Assembly: GCA_965644315.1 (NCBI GenBank)
Contig: CBFFRQ010000066.1
Coordinates: forward strand, 62,001-126,000
Direction: 5' to 3'
DNA from: Caecitellus pseudoparvulus
Taxonomy: Eukaryota > Protista > Bigyra: Bicosoecida
DNA length: 64,000 nucleotides
Both the position numbers and the translations under genes were made by a program. How positions within the stretch are numbered: position 1 is the first letter of the stretch; each line of letters begins with the position of its first letter. Positions 54,892 to 64,000 of this stretch are shown here, one piece after another. The notes beneath the pieces are model-generated. The model had not been told where the DNA came from. It made no database searches and saw only the letters and a list, made by a program, of their open reading frames with translations.

Positions 54892-57800
54892 ATGGCAGCA
54901 GCTGCGATGCCTGAGGGCGAGAGTAAGCATGGCTTCGATGCAACCGACTTTGATGACTCCGATCGCTGGACGGCCATTAGCGAGGATGAGGAGCGAGTGT
55001 TTGACCCGAAACAAGCAAGGCGGGACGATGCGGGCATGAACCTAGAGTGCGGCGCGTGACGCGGGCGTGCCCTGCTGCACACTCGCATGCAAATCGGATT
55101 GCGCTGTGCAGAGGCATGCTTCGTGAAGAAGACCTTGACCCAGCGACAATTCGTGCGCTGATGAGTCAGTACGAAGCAGATGGCAATTGGCGCTACCAGG
55201 CCTCCAAGCGGCAGCAGCGCCTCAAGTTGCTTCACACGGAGGAGCGCATTACCGGGGCACATGAGGAAGGCATAAGCAACGAAGCACCCAAGATTCGAAC
55301 TTTTGATGTGTGCAAATGGAGAGGGACGGATGCGAAGAGTGCGTGCCCAGGCTCCCGCCCCCGACTCCCTGCTGAGTGCGTCACCAAGTCATTGCATCCC
55401 CTCACAGACAACATCTTCTGCTGCAACAATAGCGTGCGTTGGTCGCTTTCTGAATGACCTTACCCTATAGACTTCTTCTTGTACGGTCTACGCTTGCCCT
55501 GCGCTGTTCGCAGAGAATGAAGCACCCACGTACCGGGGAAGTGCTTGACTTCTGCGGGTACCACACGAAGCACTGTCTTGGGAACCATGCCGGCGATCCG
55601 CCAACCATCGAGGTCCCAAACAAGCATGGCCTGTCCCTGGACTTGTACCGCCGCAAGTTCCTCACCGACCCCCCTTCATACCGTAGTGCTCTGCAGATCC
55701 CAGGGGTTGTCTTCTTCAAGGCCGCAACCAACCGGCACCCAATGGCACCAGAGGAGGCACCCTCCGACTCTGACAGCGTTTCTAGTTCGTCAAGTGCAGA
55801 AGTAGATCCCAAGGGAGGAAGCGGGGTGGGTGCTTTCCTGAGAGGAGTCTGGAGGCGCGTGCGCCAGTCTGGCATCTCCAAGCAGCAACGCCACGAGGCA
55901 GCCGCTCGCATCCAAGGCATGTACCGTATCTGCGTTGCTCGTAGGGTCGTGCACCGCATGGTAAGAGAGGATACTGTTCGAGCACGTCAACGCTCAGCGA
56001 TATTCATCCAGCGCTTGGTGCGCGCCAAGTTGGAAGCTCAGCGCCTTCGACGCGACAAAGCGGCCGCCGAGCGAGCAGTGCGCGTGGTGCAGAAGAACTA
56101 CCGGCTGCACAAGTGGAGGCGTGAAGTCAAAGCAGACCGACTTCGCGCAACGGCTGCTCAAGTGGTGCAGCAGTGGTGGAGACGGCGGCTTGCCCTGGCA
56201 AACTTTCGAGTGCTTCGCCAGCGGCTGAGCGCCAAGCTGGCGGCGCTCGCGAAAGCTCGTGGAAGGGAGCTCCTCGAGCGCTTTGTGCTCGGCTTCGTGG
56301 CACGCAGACGCTGTAGGCAGCTGAGGAGGCAGCTCAAAGTTGAGAACTTTGCCGCACGCGTCATTCAGCGCTTCATGGTGTCTCTGTCTGCAGGCTCCAA
56401 GAAGCTCATGGTGGCGCGCATGGCAGCGGTTGTTTTGGATGCCCAAGAGCACATCATTGCGGCCCGCATACAGCGGTGTCTGCGCAGACATTGGAGGTAC
56501 AAAGCTGGGAAGGGCCTTCGGAAGCACATGGTTTCCCAAGTCGTGCGGATGCAGTGTCTTGCGCGGCGCTTCCTCGCACGCTGCGAGCTTTACCATCGAA
56601 AGGTCATGCGTGAATCAGCTTGGGCCTGGCTGCAGCCTGCGCTTCCTCGAGGGTGGTATGAGAAGCACCTTGCGTTCCCTGACTATGAGAGAATGTTTGG
56701 GCCTCGCATCAATGCCTTGCGCGTCGGTGGGCGCCCCCCCACGCCTCAGAAGGACCTTTACGACACACGACACCTGCGTCGTTCGACAGAGTTCGACCCA
56801 GAGGATGCCGAGAAGGCTCTGACGTGGATTTCCCGCCTGACAGAGGGATTCAAGGGTATCGACAAACAGGCATCTGGACTTTGCACAAAGTTGGAGTTTT
56901 GGCGAGTGCTTGAAAGCCACGGCATTCGGTTGAAGCCAGAGTTCAAGGAGTACCTGGCGGAGGCCTTCGTCAATGCTCGGGAAGACAAGGTGTCTTGGCT
57001 CGCATACTGTCGTTTTGGGCGCTCTCACCCTTTTCTCTGCCCTCTCCATCGAGTCCCTATCTGTCCGGAGTGCCTGTTCATTGGCCCCTGCCCAGATTCT
57101 GGCTGCAAGGAGTTTGTTCCGCTGTCGACAGCCCGGCAAGGGGACAGTGCAATGTGTGCCTGTGGCTTTCACATTTCCAGGCACCGTCCCGCGCTTCGCA
57201 CAAATCGTGATCTGCTGGCACCTGACTCCCTCGCTCAAGAGGGGACGTCTGACACCAGATCCTTGGTGGCAAGGTTTGCGTTTCAAGAGCAGCCAGAGTT
57301 CCCGAGGCCTGTGACCCCGCCTGATCGTAGCAACTCAGCAAAGGGCGTGGCCATTGAAAGCACAGACGCGTACACCACAGTGAATGGAGTGCACGTTCGA
57401 GTCCGTCCTGTGCCTGCAAGTGCCATCACAGTGTCTGACGGAAAGACGCTCAAGGAGCTTTCGCTACAACGGCAGACTTTGCAGTCGTTCCTGCGCATCG
57501 CAACCGAGTCTGCGATGGCCCCGTACAAGCACGCAGAGGAACAGGAAGAGAAGGAAAAACAGCGGCACGAGTTCTTATCTGGTGTCCATGTCCCTCACGC
57601 CAGTCCAACACGCACAAGCAAAGGGCTGCACGGAGAAAGTGGGCTGCCTGGTAGCATCAAACTCGACGGAAAGCGCAAGCGTCGACCAAGCAAGCAAGTG
57701 AAGTCAGGCAGTCGCGCCGAGCCACCACTTCATTCAACGATGATGACAACACTGGATGCTACAGGTACCCTCCTCGCTGTGACACGGTCAGTGTCTGCCG

Positions 57801-59647
57801 AAGGACAAATTGTCTGTGACAGCGGGGCTGATGGCTCGGGGCTCGCTGAGGCAGAGTACATCGCTCATGCACAGGAAGCCTTGAGAGTTCCGTTGCCATC
57901 TGGTAAAGACACAGGGCACTTCAGAGACCTGTCTGCATGCGCTGCTGCCTCAGAAGCTCAAACCCACGCATCCCAATCAAGGATGCGTGCTGCCGGTGGA
58001 ACACCTGCTTGGCTAGCAGATGTCCGCGCCGCGAAAGGGAGAGAGCTTGCGATGATGAAAGTCCCTACAGGCGATCTTGTGCCGGGCATTACTGGGGCTG
58101 GAAAGGGGGCACAGAGGCTTCCGTTTGAGAGTCAGGACGGGGTTGGGCCAGGCGGCAAGCGAGGCTTCCGGTTGTCCAGGCCCGTCATGCACGTTTCGAA
58201 GACAGGTCTTAACGTGACTGCCGACGCTACCCTCTTGTACTTGATGGTACTGCGAAGCCTGTCTAGCGCTGCCTGGGACGGGTATGACCTGCTGGCTGAC
58301 GAACGGCGGTGCGTGAAGTTCCTGTTTGACCATCACTCCTTCATTGACCAGCATTGGGAGAAGCTGGTCAAGGACGTCCGCTATGGCACACTGAGTCCCC
58401 ACTTGAACCTGGACCCGCAACAGCGCAGCCTTCTGGAGCAGAGCTTGGCTCCCAGTGCTCAAAGAGCCGACACACTCCAGCGCCTGTTCTCGCGACTGGG
58501 ATACGTGCGGAGGGCGTCAAGGCAAGCAGCCTCGCGCTTGCCTGCAGCGTACCTCAAGGCGTCGAAAGGAAGGCCGGAAGATCCTGCCGTGCTTCAGCGT
58601 AAGTTTCGAATTGCCAACAGGGAGCGCTTTCGCCATGGCCCCAGCAGCAAGCTCCCGACACTGCCGGCTGTGTACTTGGAAGGGCATGGTCCAGGTTCTC
58701 AACAAGCTGCAAAAGCGGGCCCGGACAAGTCCAAGGCAACTTCGGCTGCCGCCCGACGCAGAGCTCAGCATCGGTCCCGACTGGCAGATGCCCTGGGCAG
58801 TGGAGCCAAGCTTGCCAGGCTTGTCGCCGAAGTCAAGCTTGCCAGGCAGGCCGAGGAGCTCGCCATCCCGACTGTCACCGCCAAGGATCCCAATGGCACA
58901 GAGTTTGAGTTTGGGTATGTGGAAGGGGCGTCTCGTCCGTATATCGATCTGCACCCTGCTTCGGGGGCAACGTACACGTCCTTGGCAGCCGCTGTAAGAG
59001 GAGCCAAACGGCACGCTCGGAGCCACCTACGAAGCCGCTCGTCTACGGATCACCTCCTGACACCCACGTGGAAAGCAGCTGGCGTGGACGAGTGGCCAGG
59101 GCAGGAAGTACTGCCTGCAGAGCGAACCCAGCCAATTGAGGCAGAGGTTCGGGCGCTGCTCCGCGCCCACTTTCACCGGGAGCACTTGGACCCCACGGTG
59201 CTGCAACGGTACAAGCCTACAGAGACGGAGGGCAGGCTTGCTGCCACAGCAGCCAGGGAGCGCCTTCAACGCAGCCTTGGGAACAGCAAGCAACATAGCC
59301 TCCTGCCAGCCCCAAGGGCGTCAGGGGCTGCTGACTTTGTCGCATCTGCCATGGCGAGTAGCTTGGGGTCTCAACTTGCAGGCGCTGTAACTCGCAGCTC
59401 TCCGGACGTTGCTGGAAGGGCACATGCAATGTCGCCTGGCGGCGGGGTAGGCAGTACACCAAACGCGAACTCGGCGCTCTCTTTCGCCACGTTTGATTCA
59501 GACATGGCATCGACAGAGATGCAGAGGAGTGGGGGCCTCCTGTTCTCGCCCAGCAGTCAGGCACTGAGAAGGACTGGCCCGCCCGCACGAAGCCGCCTTT
59601 CTTCTGCTGGGATGCAAATGCTGGGACAGGCTCCAGAGCTTGGCTGA
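54892..59647 (+). CDS. Large IQ-motif protein with an EF-hand-like region and Cys/His clusters, spliced
   Basis: Multiple IQxxxR motifs (ARIQGMYR, IFIQRLVR, RVIQRF, ARIQRCLR); FKGIDKQASGLCTKLEF; CPLH..ICPEC...C..CACGFH. Confidence 0.65.
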
Positions 59648-59892
59648 ATGCTCACTGGACATGTCGCAGGGAGTGCCGCTCCCGGCCTCGGCGCACAACC
59701 GCTCTCCGTTTTGGCTGGGCTGCGGAGTGCAGAAGCAGAGCTACCTTGCCCTCACAATCCAAACACGTGCACCCACCCACCTACTCTGGTTTCGAGGTTG
59801 CCAATGTGATCACGCTCGTGTCAGTCAGCGCTTTCAAGACAGAGCGCCCTGCCCCAGCTCGGTCAAGCTTTTGTTCACCAGCCGAAGGTCAG

Positions 59893-61756
59893 AATGTCAG
59901 GCGGGTGAGTGTGCGAAGTGGTGGGAGCGCCTGCAGCCGCCACCCCGCACACCCGCCCACTGCTCCCACCTTAGCTCTCCCAAGGGAAAGAAGGCTGGCG
60001 GTGGCGGAAAGGGGGGCAAGGGAGGAGGTGTGTCAGCTTGGGCAGCCGCGAATTTCCGCACCATGCCAACTCCTCGCCTCCGCTCACCTGCTCGCGCCCT
60101 TTGCGCGCCAGGCAAGGCAAAGAAGGAAACTGGCCTGGCTCTCACCGCCACAAAGGTGTGTACAGTGGTATTGGCTGTGCTGAGAGCCTGAGTGCATGTG
60201 GAACCTGCTCCCTTGCGCAGGACGGCGACTTTGCCGAGTGGTACACTCAGGTCATCACGCGGTCTGAGATGATCGACTACTACGAGGTGTCTGGCTGCTA
60301 CATTCTGCGCCCATGGGCTTACTCTATCTGGGAGCACATCCAGGGCTTCTTTGACGGGAAGATCAAGGAGCTCGGCGTGCAGAACTCGTACTTTCCCCTG
60401 TTCGTGACGAAGGCGGCTCTGGAGGCGGAAGAGGACCACTTGGAGGGCTTTGCCCCTGAAGTCGCCTGGGTCACCAAGTCAGGCCAATCTGACTTGGCGG
60501 AGCCCCTGGCTATCCGCCCGACCTCCGAGACTATCATGTATCCCGCCTTCGCACGGTGGATCTCCTCCCATCGAGACCTGCCCATGCGGCTGAACCAGTG
60601 GACAAGCGTCGTGCGGTGGGAGTTCAAGTCCCCAACGCCTTTCCTAAGGACGCGCGAGTTTCTGTGGCAGGAGGGCCACTCTGCATTCGCGTCTCGCGCT
60701 GAGGCTGACTCGGAGGTGCTGGACATCCTGGACCTGTACGCCCGAGTGTACGAGGAGCTCTTGGCCGTGCCAGTCGTGAAAGGCCGCAAGAGTGAAAAGG
60801 AGAAGTTCGCAGGCGGACTGTACACGACCACTGTGGAGGGTTTCATTCCTGCCACAGGGCGTGCCATCCAAGGGGCCACATCCCACTGCCTGGGGCAGAA
60901 CTTCGCTGACATGTTCGACATCACCTTCTCGGATGAGGCTGGCACTAAGCAGAAGGTTTGGCAGAACTCCTGGGGGCTCACGACACGCACCATTGGCGTC
61001 ATGATCATGGTGCACGGGGATGACACAGGACTCGTCCTCCCTCCCCGAGTGGCGCCCTTGCAAGTGGTCATCGTGCCCATTCACGCTGCGAGGGACTCGG
61101 CTGAGGTCAAGGCGCAGGTTGCCGCAGCTGCGGATGCAGCTTTTGCTTCCCTGTCCGCCGCTGGAGTCAGGGTGAAGGTGGATGACCGCGACATCTACAC
61201 GCCTGCGTGGAAGTATGCTCACTGGGAGCAGAAAGGCGTGCCTCTGCGCCTTGAAGTCGGTCCCCGTGATGTTGCGAAGGGCTCCGTAATGACCATCCGC
61301 CGCGATACGGGCGCCAAGCAGCCCGTGGCGAACGATGACAGCCTTGGCACCACTGTGGCAGGTACTCTGGAGCAGATTCAAGGAGACATGCTGGCCAAAG
61401 CTCGCGCTGTGCGTGACGCACACATTGCCGTTGTCACCGAGTGGAAGGACTTCGTGCCTGCCTTGGACCGTGGCTGCCTCGTCCTGACCCCCTGGTGTGA
61501 GACGATCGAGTCCGAAGAATGGGTAAAGGAGCAAACCCGGGCAACAGGCAAGGCTGAGCGCGCGCCAGGCTCGGAAGAAGAGCCTGCCGACGCTGCAGCC
61601 GGAGCGGGTGCGGGTGGCCCCGGCAAGAGTTTGAGCGGAGCCGCCAAGACCCTTTGTGTGCCCATGGAGCAGGCCCCTCTACCCCCCGGAACGAAGTGCT
61701 TCACGGGGCTGGGAGGGGATGCCACAGCGTGGTGCCTGTGGGGGCGGTCATACTAA
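59893..61756 (+). CDS. Prolyl-tRNA synthetase (eukaryote/archaeal type), three short 5' introns
   Basis: GCYILRPW, GFAPEVAWVT, IRPTSET, VVRWE, FLRTREFLWQEGH, QGATSHCLGQNF, WQNSWG, C-terminal GRSY. Confidence 0.95.
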
Positions 61757-63236
61757 GCCTGCGTGCATTCTTGGAGGAAGACAATGCAGTGCTTGCGCTT
61801 GCCGCTACGCAGCAGCAATGCCTGTCCGTGCAGTAAGTCCTCCAGCGCCAACACCGAGTTTGGTGCTCGCTCGCCATTCACATACAAGCCACCACTCTTT
61901 TGAAGCCTCTTGCCCTCACTGACGGAGGCAGCAAGGCCCGCTTTGGCTGCGACGCTGGCTGCAGACTTGCCCACAACCTCTGAAGCTGGCAGTTCTATAC
62001 AGGGCACACCACCTCCACCAAGAGCGGACGCAGCTTTGAGCTGATCCAACGTCAAGGCAAAGGCATTAGCACCCCCAAACATAATGTCGGTGGACGCAGC
62101 AGCACTCTGCAGCCCGCTGCGTCCTCGAGTAATGAGAGTGGTGTGCTCGGCCAGTGCCCGCTGTGCTTTCCGGGCTTCCGGTTCAGCTTTGTGCTCCATC
62201 AGTATGGTGTCGATTTCTCGTGCTTGGAGCAGCGTCAGCCGCCGGAGCAGGTCCCCAACGTCATCATCGTCCACACCCATCATGTACTGGAAAAACTCAT
62301 ACTGCGTGAGGGGGAGGCGGGCTCATGTGGCGTTTGCAGCAAGCAAAGGGAAGTCGGTGGGCTGCGCACGTGGGATGTTTCATCAGGATTGAGCCAAACT
62401 GCGTTGCCCTCCGACTTTCCGAACTTTTGCCCTGCTTTGGTTGTGAGCAAGGGAACGGTGACGCCGTGCACGGCGGCCCGGTGCAGCCTGTGTGTCAAGT
62501 CGATGCCTGCGCAGATGTTTCCCCACTGGTCACTGCCGCCAACCTGCAGGACAGCATTATGACTCCTATGCAACGCTGCAAAATCATACGCCTGGAAAGC
62601 CTGGTACGTGAGTTCTGTCAGGCTGACGCCGTCGCCGTCCCCACGCATTCGAGCAGCGACAGACTCGCGAGACAACATGCTGGATACTCGCATGTGCCGT
62701 CCGACATCTCGAAAGAATGATGCCACGCCCATACCTTCATAGTGTGCCGCGTTGTCAACAATGCAGCCCTTGCAGCCAGCCCCCACTTGCGTCGCCGCCC
62801 CGCTGGCCTGAACCCATTCAGTGGAGTGTTTCGTGAAAGCCGCAATACTGTTGGAAATCCCGGCGACGTTCAACTGCAGAGCAGCGTCACCCAACACTGG
62901 ACGCTCAGTAGACTTTCCACTTGGGTCGCCGATGGACCCGGTCATGCCTCCGACCTGTGGGGGCGCACAGCGGGGTGAATTGATGGAATGCGGAAATTGA
63001 ACTGGAGCAACACGCACGAGCCAAACAGCATCAAAGCCAGAGAACGCCAGGTGCTGAAGAGCAACCATCACCGCCAGATTGCCAACATGAAGGCTTGTCG
63101 CTGTTGGGTCAAAACCAGCGTACGCTGCTACCCGCTTGCCGCTCTTCAGCAAGGCCGACAGGGACTGAGTCGTGGAGTCTTTGACGATGCCCCGGCTCAC
63201 CAGCGAGGAGAGCACAGCGCACGGTACACTCGCCAT
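61753..63236 (-). CDS. YARS2: Mitochondrial (bacterial-type) tyrosyl-tRNA synthetase, spliced
   Basis: YAGFDPTATSLHVGN, IGDPSGKS, YQAFQAYDF, GGSDQWGNI, KFGKS, C-terminal S4-like domain. Confidence 0.92.
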
Positions 63237-63756
63237 GTTCGTGTGGCGTTCACATCAAGTGCAACGCACCTCACAGGAGGCCTTGCACCTTTACGCGAGA
63301 GCGTGTTCATTTGCGTTGTGACTGCACGGCTTCGTTGTGTTGCTCGCTCCAGTTTTGCAGAGCTGGCAATCTTCGCCACTTCTCGCGACCCTTGCGTAGA
63401 GCACATATGCTGCATACCTTGGCGGAGTGGAAAATGTCCTTTTGTACGTGTTGAGGGAGGGGGAGCCAGCTGCCCGGCTCACGTGCCCGCTCGTGAACCT
63501 GTCTCTCGGTTCAAGGTGGAGCGGGCCAGGCGAGGCTATGCGTGCACAATTCAATCTAAAACGGCATGCTCCCTGCACAATCAAGCAGTGCAGAAGTTGG
63601 TCTTGTTCTCGCACTCACCTGGGCTGAACCCATCGTGCAGGGTGGGTGGCCCAAGTTGTTGGCAACGTCAACCGGCCAAGCAAGGGAGCAGCTAGCCTCA
63701 GCCAATTAGACATTCACGAGGCTCAAGAAAGTGGTTGGAGCAGCTAGTTGCCCTTC

Positions 63757-64000
63757 ATGGCAGCCCAATCAGGGGAAAGCGCATATGTAGGCGGCGCAGC
63801 GGGTTCAGGGGGCAGTGACATGCCTCACTTCGGCGGCAAGAGCGCCAGCGATTCTGGGCGTCTGTGGACAGTGCCACACGCTGCCAGCATGGAGGCGGCA
63901 TCCGGCCCCGGTCCCCGTGCAGCGCACAGCTGCAACCTCATTAACGGGAAGCTATTTGTGTTTGGGGGCTGGAACGGAAAGCGGGGCCTGAACGACTTGC
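63757..64000 (+). CDS. Kelch-repeat protein, 5' part (runs off the window)
   Basis: In-frame PRAAHSCNLINGKLFVFGGWNGKRGLNDL Kelch motif. Confidence 0.75.
   Translation, partial: MAAQSGESAYVGGAAGSGGSDMPHFGGKSASDSGRLWTVPHAASMEAASGPGPRAAHSCNLINGKLFVFGGWNGKRGLNDL

Noticed and set aside
865-61534. Many long antisense or alternative-frame ORFs (e.g. 865-2514+, 14136-15629+, 22693-24105+, 40235-41773-)
   Set aside because: They shadow real genes and are expected from high GC and codon bias; no recognisable motifs
59893-63236. Class I and class II synthetases on opposite strands, recalling the Rodin-Ohno sense/antisense idea
   Set aside because: Only the stop codons overlap, and the two genes have different origins (cytosolic type versus bacterial type)

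Overview
Gene-dense, GC-rich eukaryotic nuclear DNA with short (about 60-110 nt) GT-AG introns, mostly near gene 5' ends. It is most consistent with a compact-genome flagellated protist. A stramenopile-like origin is my inference, based on the EFHC/Rib72 gene and a PDZ-ELM2-SANT-PHD protein. About 30 protein genes can be supported, including a kinase fragment, EFHC, ankyrin proteins, LSG1, ArfGAP, MECR, Rheb, a SpoU methylase, two SF1 helicases, MnmA/TRMU, tafazzin, a spliced LYRM7/Mzm1 missed by the ORF track, an organellar-type Top2, ProRS, mitochondrial TyrRS and a Kelch gene start. There are also two identical tRNA-Gln(CTG) genes and a ~2.6 kb tandem duplication. Main points of interest: (1) an AATGCA/TGCATT motif at all eight convergent gene junctions, whose spacers are only -3 to 58 bp, a candidate non-canonical 3'-end signal; (2) an O6-alkylguanine alkyltransferase (PCHRV) fused to a DUF1445/D-glutamate-cyclase-like domain; (3) a YjjX-like ITP/XTPase fused to APRT with a mitochondrial-like leader; (4) a stand-alone Trl1/Rnl1-like RNA ligase; (5) a duplicated unknown helical-repeat gene with phase-0 introns at its repeat boundaries and a triple compensating frameshift between the copies. 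All calls come from reading motifs by eye; no database searches were run.
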